From IMG/VR virus record IMGVR_UViG_3300045988_174371, positions 160,001-224,000 of that record: DNA of 64,000 nucleotides, one strand, 5' to 3'. The DNA comes from a virus. The notes beneath the pieces were generated by a model that did no database searches, had not been told where the DNA came from, and was given only the letters and a program-made list of their open reading frames with translations. Of this stretch, positions 8,485 to 17,508 are shown in pieces (the stretch's first letter is position 1; every line of letters begins with the position of its first letter). Made by a program: the position numbers and the translations under genes.

Positions 8485-8985
8485 TTAGTATTTCTGGGTG
8501 ATGAACGGCTGTGGAAGATGCTCTACGACCTTACCTAGGATAGGGTCGTTACTTAGGATTAGAGTCATTTGGTCGCGGCGTTCTACGACTTCCCGCAATT
8601 CCCTCAGTGTTGGCTCAAGCTTCTCCTCGAACCAACGGCGGGTTTCGAAGTCCAGACCTTCAGAGGTGAAGCCCCATACGGCTTCCTCCACGGAGCTTCT
8701 AAGTACCTCATACCCATTTGATAGCGTTGCTCCACTGAACTTTTCTGAGTAAAGAGGGCATTCGTCGCTTTGGTACCATTTCGGGCGCTCTCCCTCATTG
8801 ACCGCTGGCAGGTTAGAGTGAGCATCAGCGAAGATTTTGCAGAGTTTAGCAACAATCTCGTTGTCTTTCTGCGAAATCATTCGTAGGGTAGTATTAAGCC
8901 TCTGTATCTTTGCGTAGGTAATGTATAGAGCCGCTAGGGATGCTACCACGATAGCGATTAGAATTACTCCACTGAAGAGGTTCAT
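8485..8985 (-). CDS. hypothetical membrane-anchored protein
   Basis: 166 aa. N-terminal TM helix VILIAIVVASLAALYITY. Confidence 0.5.
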   Translation of the reverse strand: MNLFSGVILIAIVVASLAALYITYAKIQRLNTTLRMISQKDNEIVAKLCKIFADAHSNLPAVNEGERPKWYQSDECPLYSEKFSGATLSNGYEVLRSSVEEAVWGFTSEGLDFETRRWFEEKLEPTLRELREVVERRDQMTLILSNDPILGKVVEHLPQPFITQKY

Positions 8986-8994
8986 AATGTCTCC

Positions 8995-9909
8995 TTATAG
9001 TCGTTGCAGTAGTATGAGTGATGAGATGACGATGACAGCTACACTCCCCCATAGAACTCCACTGTTCAGGGCTTCGCTTTTAGCCTCAAAGGTCGCAAAG
9101 CGGTAGGTGTACCACAGCTTACCTTTTCGAGGGATGATTGGGGAGAAGAGGGGGACTCCAGCTTTGGTAAATGCGTCACCGATGATGTGGACTACCGCAC
9201 CAATACCTAGGCTATATCCTAGCCAAGTGTACTGCCCCGCCGGGATAGCGTTAAAGAATAGCAGTGTCACGGCAACTGATACGAGGAACATTAGCGTGGA
9301 GCCGATGTTCTTAACGCCCTTAACGGCTTTCAATGCTCCTACATTTAGACCTGACATGGCGATATGCATAGCCGCTAAACATAGTGTGGCGGCTATGAGT
9401 GCCCCCAGGTTGCTGATGCCTACGAACCCGAACGGCAATAGTACTGCCGTTGTGAGGGGGTTGCTGGTTAGGAAGTTCACGATGAGAGCGAGCGCACCAG
9501 CGCCAACTAGGGAATGCCAGAATCCGCGATGCACTACGTCATGTGCTTTAGCGCGGGACTTCGCATCTTGCTTAGTGTGAATGGTCTGGACAAGCCGTGA
9601 GCTTTCACGGAACGCAAAGGTGATGGGCTCACCGAAGATACCCATTGACGACTTTGCGGTTGATGAGGTGTTATCGAAGTCGGGGATAAGCGCGCCTGCC
9701 ACAAACGCAACAGCAGAGAGAACATATAGCCCCATACTTGGGCTGTTGCCCAGTACGAAGTTAATGGAGCTACTTCCGGCGAAGGCGAGAAACGCGAGGA
9801 AAGCCGCAAGACCTGTGGATGCGTGAGCTTGCCCCATGAGCGCGTCATCTTGTTCACCTATGGTATGGGTTATGCCGTGAGTCCAGCAGACGTGTTGCGG
9901 TGGTGCCAA
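8995..9909 (-). CDS. YdjM/DUF457-like membrane-bound metal-dependent hydrolase
   Basis: 304 aa, TTG start. HGITHT, IPDFDN, HRGFWHS, HIIGDAFTKAGVPLFSP in the family order. Multiple TM helices. Confidence 0.55.
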   Translation of the reverse strand: MAPPQHVCWTHGITHTIGEQDDALMGQAHASTGLAAFLAFLAFAGSSSINFVLGNSPSMGLYVLSAVAFVAGALIPDFDNTSSTAKSSMGIFGEPITFAFRESSRLVQTIHTKQDAKSRAKAHDVVHRGFWHSLVGAGALALIVNFLTSNPLTTAVLLPFGFVGISNLGALIAATLCLAAMHIAMSGLNVGALKAVKGVKNIGSTLMFLVSVAVTLLFFNAIPAGQYTWLGYSLGIGAVVHIIGDAFTKAGVPLFSPIIPRKGKLWYTYRFATFEAKSEALNSGVLWGSVAVIVISSLILLQRL

Positions 9910-9960
9910 TGTGGTGGTTCTCCTGTGTAGATAAGCGGGTAAGTATCAATCTATACATTA

Positions 9961-10015
9961 GATATAGCGAGAGCGTGTGAGTCCCTAGATACTCTAAGGT
10001 TTCACACGCTCTCGC
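9961..10015 (-). promoter_or_regulatory. terminator hairpin fused to extended -10-like motif
   Basis: 14-bp stem GCGAGAGCGTGTGA / TCACACGCTCTCGC (9967-9980, 10002-10015). The minus strand then reads CTCGCTATATCTAATG. Confidence 0.45.
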
Positions 10016-10025
10016 AGGTATTCAG

Positions 10026-10724
10026 CTATTCTGCTTCAGGTTCACTTTCAGGCTTTACGCCTAGCAGTCTATCCCTGAAGGAGGGTTTCGATGCGGCGGC
10101 TTTGCGCGCCTCTTCTTTCCGTTCAGCTACATTCGCTGAGTACGCCTCTTTCCGTTCGTCATACTTGCGTGTACGCCCATCACGCACACCAAATTCCTCT
10201 GCTTCCTTCTCTTCTTCCGTCTTATGTAGGAAGGGTAGGGAAGCGAAGAGGAACGCTATCGTGGCGTATGTAATGAATGAGCCTGCGAACATGTTTGATG
10301 ATGACATTAGTGTCACCAAAGCAACGACAAAAACGTTGGTCAGACATACAGCCCAGATGCGCACCTTGCGACTGAAAAACTCACGGTCTTTAATGGGAAC
10401 CCATGTCCCGCCGCTCTTCTCGGTAAGGTACTCCCCTGCGGCGTATGATGCCATATACATAAGCGAAGCACCAGTATAGACAGCGGGAATGCCAGCTATA
10501 AGCCATTTCGCGGTAGTCCAGAGCCGCGTATGCGGTAGCAGGAAGTCCGCGAGGGTGGTTACGACAATAGCGGCGACTAGCACAGCACCCCAGGTGAAGA
10601 TGCGTTTCTTGTCACGCGAGTTCCATGTTGCACGGATGAGGCTCACGTGGGTTCTTCCGTGGTCGTCGGCGTTGGCTCCCAGGTAATTAAGGAAGTCCTT
10701 TACTTGTATTAGCGCTTTGCCCAT
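10026..10724 (-). CDS. hypothetical polytopic membrane protein
   Basis: 232 aa, about four TM helices, K/E-rich C-terminal tail. Confidence 0.5.
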   Translation of the reverse strand: MGKALIQVKDFLNYLGANADDHGRTHVSLIRATWNSRDKKRIFTWGAVLVAAIVVTTLADFLLPHTRLWTTAKWLIAGIPAVYTGASLMYMASYAAGEYLTEKSGGTWVPIKDREFFSRKVRIWAVCLTNVFVVALVTLMSSSNMFAGSFITYATIAFLFASLPFLHKTEEEKEAEEFGVRDGRTRKYDERKEAYSANVAERKEEARKAAASKPSFRDRLLGVKPESEPEAE

Positions 10725-10751
10725 GAGGGCTCCTTTCGTGATGTGCTACAC

Positions 10752-13475
10752 CTATTGCATATCGTCAAAGAACTTTCGTGCGTCTTGCAAGGCAACATTA
10801 TTATATTTCGGGTCACTAATGATGCTCTCTGCATGGCTAATCGCACTGGAGATAATGTGTCGATGCTTACTAAGGCGCAGGAACCTGTTGCGGGTGATGC
10901 CATGCTGGTTACTGGTAAGGACATCACCTTCACCGCGTGTCATAGTGTCTGCCTCAGCGATTGCGAAGCCGTCATCATGCGCCACGAGTGCTTCCATGCG
11001 CGCTTGAGCACTCGGGGTTTCTGCCGGGCTAACAAGCCAGCACTTAGCGTGCAGTTCATTGCGTCCAACACGCCCTCGGAGCTGGTGGAGAGAGGATGCA
11101 CCTAGACGCTCAGCACCCATAATGACGATTCGGGTCGCATTAGGAATGTCTACACCCACTTCTACGATGGTAGATGCTACGAGGACATCAGTTTCACCGT
11201 CGCGGAATGCGCGCATGGCTTCTTCCTGCTCTTTAGCCTTCATTTTGCCATGTAGCACCCCAATTCGAGCTTCGGTGAGCACATGAGTCAGGTCTTTCGC
11301 AAGTTCCTTCACGCTTGGCGCTTCAAGGTCGCTGTTCTCTTCAACTAGAGGGGCAACGATGAATGCCTGGTGTCCAGCTTTAATTTCCTTATGGAGGTCA
11401 TGCCAGACAGCGTGTTTGGGGTGGTTAAGTAGGTGGTCGTATTTCGCTTCCACCCACTCAGTTTCAACAGGCTTACGTCCAGCAGGTTTTTCCTTCATTT
11501 GAATAAAATCAACTTCGCCGTATTCAATCTGGGCGATGGTTCGAGGGATGGGGGTTGCGGTTGCCAGCAGGAAGTCTGGGGTGGCGTTATCCTTTCGGAT
11601 GCCCAATAGTCGTGAGCGCTGTTCAACGCCGAATTTCTGTTGCTCGTCAAAGCAGACAAACCCAAGGTCGTTAAATTCGGTAGCGTTCAAGAGTGTGTGG
11701 GTTCCGATGATGAGCTTTGCGGCACCTTCCTTAATGGATTTGGTGGTAGCGCTTCGCTCTGCCGCTTTCATAGAGCCAGACATGTACGTAGGCTCCAAGT
11801 CCACGTCTTTTAGCGCGGTCTGCGCGGCACTGTAAATTTGGCGTGCCAAGATTTCCGTGGGCGCTACAATTACCGCCTGCCTACCTGAGTCAATGGCTGT
11901 AAGGGCGGCTAGAATTTGGACAATGGTCTTTCCTGCACCCACATCTGCCGATAGAAGCGCATCCATAGGCTTACGCCCACTCATGCGCTTCTTAATGGTC
12001 TTGTACGCAGTCTGCTGGTCGCCAGTTAGCGTGTATGGAAGTGAATCGATAACCTTCTTCACGTAATCGGTCGCATCTCCCTTGTTCTGCACGCCCTTTG
12101 CATCTTTTCCCGCTACCTGCGAGTCTTTGATGAGAACCTGCATAAGTACTAGCTCATACCAGGCTAGAGACTCTACCGCTTTCTCAACGTCTTCCGGCTT
12201 AGTAGGGAAGTGTAGGTAGATTAGCGCCTCCTGTAGCGTGAGGATGCCTTCAGGTAGAGCTTCTTCCGTCCAGTACTCATTCTGCTTAATGCCTGGGTTG
12301 CCTTCTACGGTGAGGCGGGTCAGGGCTTCTCGAACAAGGTTAGAGATAATGTTCGTCATGATGCCGCGCGACGGAGACTGCGCATAAATGGGCACGTAGG
12401 GGTTATCCGTTGAGGAGACATCTAGCGTGTCGATAAAATCGGCAGTGAGGGTGAGCCCATTGTAGAACGTAACTTTACCGCCAACGATAACTTCAGTACC
12501 CACGGGGTACTTTTTCTCGCGCCACTGGTAGGGTCCCCAGAACGCAGTTTTAAGGCTACGCTCGGAGGTTTTGATGGTGCACCATGCGCCTTTATTCCCC
12601 TTCATAGGGTGCCAGTTACTTACTCTGCCTACGATGTAGGCGGTTTCGCCTGCATCAAGACCGTGGAGGGATGACACGGGGTTGCTGAGGTCAAGGTATC
12701 GACGCGGCATATTGTAGAGCACATCGAAAATGCTCTTGTACCCGAATCCTGCAAGGCTTTCAGCGAGCGTCTTACCCTTCTCACGCTTACTGTTCTGAGG
12801 TCGAGTGTCATACTTAGCGAAATGCAGTTCACTGATAGGAGTGTCTTTAAGGCTAAGGACTTCCCCGTCGAATGGCTCACCGATAGGCTCCACTAGGATG
12901 TTCGCTAGGGAGCGGGTGATGGCGATACCACGGTCGCCTGGGGTGTTACTCTGAATGAACTTGAATAGCTTGTTCATGGGGACGCGCCAGGTGTTGTCGT
13001 CCGCAGACTTCCAGCCACCTAGATGCCGCAGGTATTTAAACGTCTCATCATTCACACCCCAGGGGTTCAGGGGAGCGATTTTGAAGAAGCTTGCGCCATT
13101 CTTATTGCCTGTGGACGGCATGTAGTATGCGGCGGCTTTCCACGGCATCACGTTAAACAGCGCTTTCGAATCGCCTGTAAGTCGGATAGCGGGGATTGAT
13201 AGCGTGTAGCTCAGAAGCTCTGCCAGTGCGTGCATGGTCGGCGCGTGGGTCGCTGTAGTGGATAGCCTGATGATGCTTCCAGTGGTGGACACTTGCATAG
13301 TGTCGGGGGTGTAGGCGCGACGGTATAGGGCGCGTAGAAAATCCGCGCCCGTATAGTTGGTCTCTGAGGATGCGGTGAAGTGTATGTCTGACCCGTCTAC
13401 AACGACATAGACATCATAAGGTGCAAGTGTTGCAGGGTTTACGGCAGGTAGGTTCTTAGGAGATTCTGAGGTCAT
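10752..13475 (-). CDS. recG: RecG-like ATP-dependent DNA helicase with ~240-aa N-terminal extension
   Basis: 907 aa. PRRYLD, LLSADVGAGKT, APTEILARQ, FDEQQKFGVEQR, ATATPIPRT, VGVDIPNAT, HQLRGRVGR. Confidence 0.85.
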   Translation of the reverse strand: MTSESPKNLPAVNPATLAPYDVYVVVDGSDIHFTASSETNYTGADFLRALYRRAYTPDTMQVSTTGSIIRLSTTATHAPTMHALAELLSYTLSIPAIRLTGDSKALFNVMPWKAAAYYMPSTGNKNGASFFKIAPLNPWGVNDETFKYLRHLGGWKSADDNTWRVPMNKLFKFIQSNTPGDRGIAITRSLANILVEPIGEPFDGEVLSLKDTPISELHFAKYDTRPQNSKREKGKTLAESLAGFGYKSIFDVLYNMPRRYLDLSNPVSSLHGLDAGETAYIVGRVSNWHPMKGNKGAWCTIKTSERSLKTAFWGPYQWREKKYPVGTEVIVGGKVTFYNGLTLTADFIDTLDVSSTDNPYVPIYAQSPSRGIMTNIISNLVREALTRLTVEGNPGIKQNEYWTEEALPEGILTLQEALIYLHFPTKPEDVEKAVESLAWYELVLMQVLIKDSQVAGKDAKGVQNKGDATDYVKKVIDSLPYTLTGDQQTAYKTIKKRMSGRKPMDALLSADVGAGKTIVQILAALTAIDSGRQAVIVAPTEILARQIYSAAQTALKDVDLEPTYMSGSMKAAERSATTKSIKEGAAKLIIGTHTLLNATEFNDLGFVCFDEQQKFGVEQRSRLLGIRKDNATPDFLLATATPIPRTIAQIEYGEVDFIQMKEKPAGRKPVETEWVEAKYDHLLNHPKHAVWHDLHKEIKAGHQAFIVAPLVEENSDLEAPSVKELAKDLTHVLTEARIGVLHGKMKAKEQEEAMRAFRDGETDVLVASTIVEVGVDIPNATRIVIMGAERLGASSLHQLRGRVGRNELHAKCWLVSPAETPSAQARMEALVAHDDGFAIAEADTMTRGEGDVLTSNQHGITRNRFLRLSKHRHIISSAISHAESIISDPKYNNVALQDARKFFDDMQ

Positions 13476-13525
13476 AGCTTTTCGTTTCAGGTAGAGGGTA
13501 TTTTGTATTGCTGGTTATCCTATCT

Positions 13526-13583
13526 ATTGTAGCAAAAATTGGGGGTAACAGCCAAGTTTCGTCATGGCTGTTACCCCCAATTT
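13526..13583 (-). promoter_or_regulatory. terminator hairpin fused to extended -10-like motif
   Basis: 18-bp stem AAATTGGGGGTAACAGCC / GGCTGTTACCCCCAATTT (13536-13553, 13566-13583). The minus strand continues TTGCTACAAT. Confidence 0.5.
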
Positions 13584-13593
13584 CAGGCGGGTT

Positions 13594-14613
13594 TTATGGG
13601 ATGAGGTTGTTGATAAGTTCAGCTACGCCAAATACGGTGGCTGGGGTGCTTGCGAGGGTGGTTGCGAGTGCTTCCACGATGTCCTCGGTCGCGGTTTCAT
13701 CCGTGATGGCTTCTACCCCAAGTACGGTTGCAAGGTTTCGCAGTGCGTCATCTTCGTATTTGAAGAGAAGCATTGTGTAGCGGACGGCGGCTTTAGTGCT
13801 GTCTGAGGTGTCCACAGTGGCAAGCTGTACTACCGTTTCCAGCAAGTCCTTAGTCTGTGCGGTGTCATTTACGATACCGCTAATGACTTCTGCAATGGAG
13901 CTGTCAGTATGGTTGCCAAGTAGCACCTTCAGCGATTCCATGTCGTCTTCGTTAAGCGGATGAATTGCCTCATAGAGGCTGATTACCAGCTCAACTGAAC
14001 TTGTGTCCATTGCGGCAGTTTGCGTGGCGCTAACAGCCTCATATGAGGTCTCAGAGGTGCCACGCGGAGCGCTCTCTACTTCAATTTTTGCCTCTTCCGC
14101 TTCTACCGCGTACTCGTCATAGCCTTCTTCCTCGAACTCTTCATCTTCGGGAACTTCGCTAGGCTCTTCAGAGGGCGACGTTACTTCCTCGTCTTCAAGC
14201 CCTTCTTCATCTGCCTCTTCAAACGGCTCAGGCGCACTGTAGCTGACTTCTTCGCCCTCTTCAACGAATCCAGGGTCGTACCCATATTCAATGGGAACTT
14301 CTTCGGGTGCTTCTTCCTGAACGGGTTCATCATCGTCATCTTCTTCCTCCTCATCGGGTTCCACTACGGCAGGTGCTACTGATGCGGTGTTCAGCTTGCT
14401 TTGTAGCGCCGCCAAAATTTCGTCTTGGCTTGCTTCCTGAGCAGGTTCAGCAGTTACGTCAGCAGAGGCAGTCTCGACGGGTTCTAGAAGCTCCTGCACC
14501 TCTTCAACCGCATCTTCAACAGAGGCTTCACTCTCCGCGTATGACCCCATGTTGTTGAATAGGGCTCCATAGCGTCCGGCGGGCTTATCGCCGCCAAATT
14601 TCATTCGTGGCAT
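13594..14613 (-). CDS. highly acidic hypothetical protein
   Basis: 339 aa. The central ~150 aa are almost pure D/E/P/V (e.g. DEEEEDDDDEPVQEE). Confidence 0.5.
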   Translation of the reverse strand: MPRMKFGGDKPAGRYGALFNNMGSYAESEASVEDAVEEVQELLEPVETASADVTAEPAQEASQDEILAALQSKLNTASVAPAVVEPDEEEEDDDDEPVQEEAPEEVPIEYGYDPGFVEEGEEVSYSAPEPFEEADEEGLEDEEVTSPSEEPSEVPEDEEFEEEGYDEYAVEAEEAKIEVESAPRGTSETSYEAVSATQTAAMDTSSVELVISLYEAIHPLNEDDMESLKVLLGNHTDSSIAEVISGIVNDTAQTKDLLETVVQLATVDTSDSTKAAVRYTMLLFKYEDDALRNLATVLGVEAITDETATEDIVEALATTLASTPATVFGVAELINNLIP

Positions 14614-14629
14614 GGTTATGTGGCTCTCC

Positions 14630-15532
14630 TTAGTTGCTCATAGTGTTACGTAGGATACTATTTCCATAGCGTGACTCGATAGCTACAAGAATGTCGTGGA
14701 CTTTCTGCTCCAGCTCTGAAAGCTCCGCATGAGTTTTGTTGATTCGTTCCTGAGGGATGACTTCCAACGCTTCCTCTGCATCTGGCAGGGTGCTTGCCTT
14801 ACTGAGCGTAGTGTAAAGGTTTCGGAGGGTCGTTGCTTTGCGTTCTGTGACCTCTTCCAGCGCGTAGTCGTCTTCCTCGTCTAGCGAGTATTCGTATTCA
14901 GGCTCACTGCTGGGCTCTTCCATGCCCTCTACCGTGTACATGCCATGCTCAGCTTCGGCTTGGCGGATAATCTCGGTAGCGGCATCTTCGTACATCTGCT
15001 GTTCGGTTTCGAGCTTCTTCTGCTCTTCTGCCTTTTTAGCCTTTTCTGCTTCCTTCTGAGCGTTAATCTCTTCCAGCTTCTCATCTACGGTTTCGCGGAT
15101 GATTTCTTCGGCTTCTTCGGGGCTTTTACCGGCAGTTCGTTCAGCCACAACTGTAGCAACTTCCTCAATGACCTTCTTTAGGTCACGCGCCTGTGCCTGA
15201 GTGATGTGGATGTCCACGCCTTCGGGTGCGGCTTGGGTGATGCCTTCAATGACTGCGCCCTGTGTGACTAGTGCGTTGGCGGCGGAGCGAGAGATGCTGA
15301 AGTTCTTGTCGATGTAGTCTTTCCAGGTCTTAAACCCTTGTTTCTTGTAAACCTCGGTACTGTGAGCAATATATAGGAGTTTCCATAGCGCCTCTGAGGT
15401 TGCTGAGATGGCTTTGGTGAGTTTAGCTCCGTCGTCAGCGGTGAGCTCCTTCCCCTTGTAATAGAGCTCTACTGCGTCACTGTTTTCGCCGTTGCTGACG
15501 ACTTCAATTTCCTCGGTGGGCACTTCAACCAT
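14630..15532 (-). CDS. hypothetical protein, HTH-like N-terminal half, E/K-rich coiled-coil C-terminal half
   Basis: 300 aa. The segment FSISRSAANALVTQGAVI looks like a helix-turn-helix. Confidence 0.45.
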   Translation of the reverse strand: MVEVPTEEIEVVSNGENSDAVELYYKGKELTADDGAKLTKAISATSEALWKLLYIAHSTEVYKKQGFKTWKDYIDKNFSISRSAANALVTQGAVIEGITQAAPEGVDIHITQAQARDLKKVIEEVATVVAERTAGKSPEEAEEIIRETVDEKLEEINAQKEAEKAKKAEEQKKLETEQQMYEDAATEIIRQAEAEHGMYTVEGMEEPSSEPEYEYSLDEEDDYALEEVTERKATTLRNLYTTLSKASTLPDAEEALEVIPQERINKTHAELSELEQKVHDILVAIESRYGNSILRNTMSN

Positions 15533-15554
15533 GCGTCGTTCGTCCTTAGTGTGG

Positions 15555-16217
15555 TTAGCGGATATACATTTCTCCCATAGCAGGGAGGACGGCGTATAGG
15601 GCAGGCACCAAGAGGAATGGAGCTAGTGCGATAGGAATGAGCGGCACCTTGATAGGCTTCTTACTGGAGGTTAGAACCGCTGTGGTAATGGCTGTGACTA
15701 GGACGAAAACCATAGAGCCAATGAAGGCTGTTGATGCTTCCGGGTGTGCTATCTGTATGGGTGTGACACATGATACGGCGACGCATAGGGCTGTGGCATC
15801 TCCTGCCCACCAGCGGCGCGTTACGGCGGTTAGGACCAGTATTACGAGAGCCGCCGCCACAACCTGTGTATCGTTATTCATGGCGGCGGAGAGGACAAAT
15901 AGAGCCCACCCATACATAAGGTGTGGCTCGCTGGCTTTCCTGTACTGCAAATCCGTGTAGGACGCTTGTGTGTATACGTAGGTGAGCATCGTTGCTCCTG
16001 TCAATGCGACCACCTGACCTGAATACCAGGGGTGAGTGAGGAGCAGGACGCTGATAAGTGAGGCTATAACGACGGCGATAATGTGGCTTTGCACCCAGAC
16101 TTTGCGGGCGTGTCGCTTCGGTTTAACCCACTCCGGCGGCTGGGTTATTGCTATTGCACTCAAACAAAAAAGACACCAAGGGAAGATGATGGGTAGATAA
16201 GGGGTTATCTCATGCAT
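15555..16217 (-). CDS. A24-type prepilin peptidase-like membrane protein
   Basis: 220 aa, 6-7 TM helices. SYTDLQYRKASEP (first Asp context), WWAGDATAL (G-x-GD-like second Asp), KVPLIPIALAPFLL C-terminal motif. Confidence 0.4.
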   Translation of the reverse strand: MHEITPYLPIIFPWCLFCLSAIAITQPPEWVKPKRHARKVWVQSHIIAVVIASLISVLLLTHPWYSGQVVALTGATMLTYVYTQASYTDLQYRKASEPHLMYGWALFVLSAAMNNDTQVVAAALVILVLTAVTRRWWAGDATALCVAVSCVTPIQIAHPEASTAFIGSMVFVLVTAITTAVLTSSKKPIKVPLIPIALAPFLLVPALYAVLPAMGEMYIR

Positions 16218-16236
16218 CGTCTTCCCTTGGTGTCTT
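16170..16236 (-). promoter_or_regulatory. hairpin enclosing the RBS/start codon of 15555-16217, followed by a U-run
   Basis: 17-bp perfect arms AAGACACCAAGGGAAGA (16170-16186) / TCTTCCCTTGGTGTCTT (16220-16236). ATG 16217 lies in the loop. On the minus strand the 3' arm is followed by TTTTTTGTTTG. Confidence 0.45.
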
Positions 16237-16255
16237 AGGTACTAGATGTACTTCT

Positions 16256-17482
16256 TTAGAGGTCTGCAACCTCGTGGCACTGGCACACTACGAAGAGTGA
16301 GCCGCCACCATCAGTAGAGGTGTGGATAGCCAAGTCCTTGATGTCTTCAATCTCGGAAATGGGCTGGAAACCGATAGTTGCAGTCCTGCTCGTCCTTGCG
16401 GTAACAAACTGGGTAAACGCTCGGTAGTCCACTCGGGCAGTAATACTCTTGGGGTTCTTGTCCTGGTTGGTTGCGGTCAGCTCGGTAACCCAGCCGCCTA
16501 GATTAACTAGGACTTTCCCAGTCTCCAGCATGTCAATGTCAGCTTCGGTTACGTCGCTATTGACGGAGGACATGGTGAGCAGGGTCTCTTTGAGGTTTAC
16601 CATGTCGATTTCAAGCTTGCGGGAAAGCTCGATAGCGCTTAGGTTCGTGAAGAAGCTTCGGAAGGACTTGATAGCTTCCGGCTTCACATCGCGGTCGGTA
16701 TAGAGTGCGATAGCGCCGGTGTTGGTATCCCGGAACCCGAAGGCGGTGAAGTTGCCGCTTTCGCCACGGATGAGCTCGGTGTGCTCGGCGGTGAAGTGGT
16801 GAAGTTCCGGGGTGATGGAGATGCCGGTTTTCAGGCTGTTGAACGCGAAGCGGCTTTCTTCGTCCATGTCTAGCTGACTGATGAACGGAGCAGTGTAGAT
16901 GAGCGCCACTGCGTTCATGGGCACACTCGCTGAGGTCATAACTTCCAGCTGGTTAGAGTCATTGAGCTTGAAGATGACATAGCGCCCGGATGGGTCGTCC
17001 CTATGGTTAATTGAACGCGCGATACGGATACCGTTGTTAATATTCTCGCTTGGGACGCTACCGATAGTGGAGATATTCGGCTTTGCGGAGCGTGAGAGCT
17101 TGGAAGTGTCGAGAATTGCGTTGTTTGCACCGGCGGTCATGCGGACAGACTGCACAGAGCCAGTGTCGCTTAGGGTGACGGTGATAGTGCAGGTCTTATC
17201 GGCGGTCTTCTCGATGTCTGCCAGTTTCAGTGCTTTACTGAGCTGGTCGGGGCTGTCAAGGTATACGGAGACCTTGCGGGGACCCTTGGTGCCTTCGCAG
17301 ATGATGGGGTGCTCACGGTAGCCGGGGATAAGCTCACCCATCTTGCTACTATGGCGAAACTCAGCCGTATTGTTTTCCGGGTCGATGGTGAGGGTTACAC
17401 TGGTAGCCTTCATGTCCAGAATCCATTTGAGGGCTACTGAGACGTTCTTAACGGTTGCGGTGAGTGAAATTTTCTGAGACAC
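16256..17482 (-). CDS. possible sliding-clamp (DnaN-like) protein
   Basis: 408 aa, clamp-sized, GTG start. N-terminus ISLTATVKNVSVALKWI...VTLTIDPENN resembles the clamp domain I pattern. Sits among replication genes. Weak call. Confidence 0.25.
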   Translation of the reverse strand: MSQKISLTATVKNVSVALKWILDMKATSVTLTIDPENNTAEFRHSSKMGELIPGYREHPIICEGTKGPRKVSVYLDSPDQLSKALKLADIEKTADKTCTITVTLSDTGSVQSVRMTAGANNAILDTSKLSRSAKPNISTIGSVPSENINNGIRIARSINHRDDPSGRYVIFKLNDSNQLEVMTSASVPMNAVALIYTAPFISQLDMDEESRFAFNSLKTGISITPELHHFTAEHTELIRGESGNFTAFGFRDTNTGAIALYTDRDVKPEAIKSFRSFFTNLSAIELSRKLEIDMVNLKETLLTMSSVNSDVTEADIDMLETGKVLVNLGGWVTELTATNQDKNPKSITARVDYRAFTQFVTARTSRTATIGFQPISEIEDIKDLAIHTSTDGGGSLFVVCQCHEVADL

Positions 17483-17508
17483 TGGTCTGTCCTCCTATTG
17501 GTTAATAG

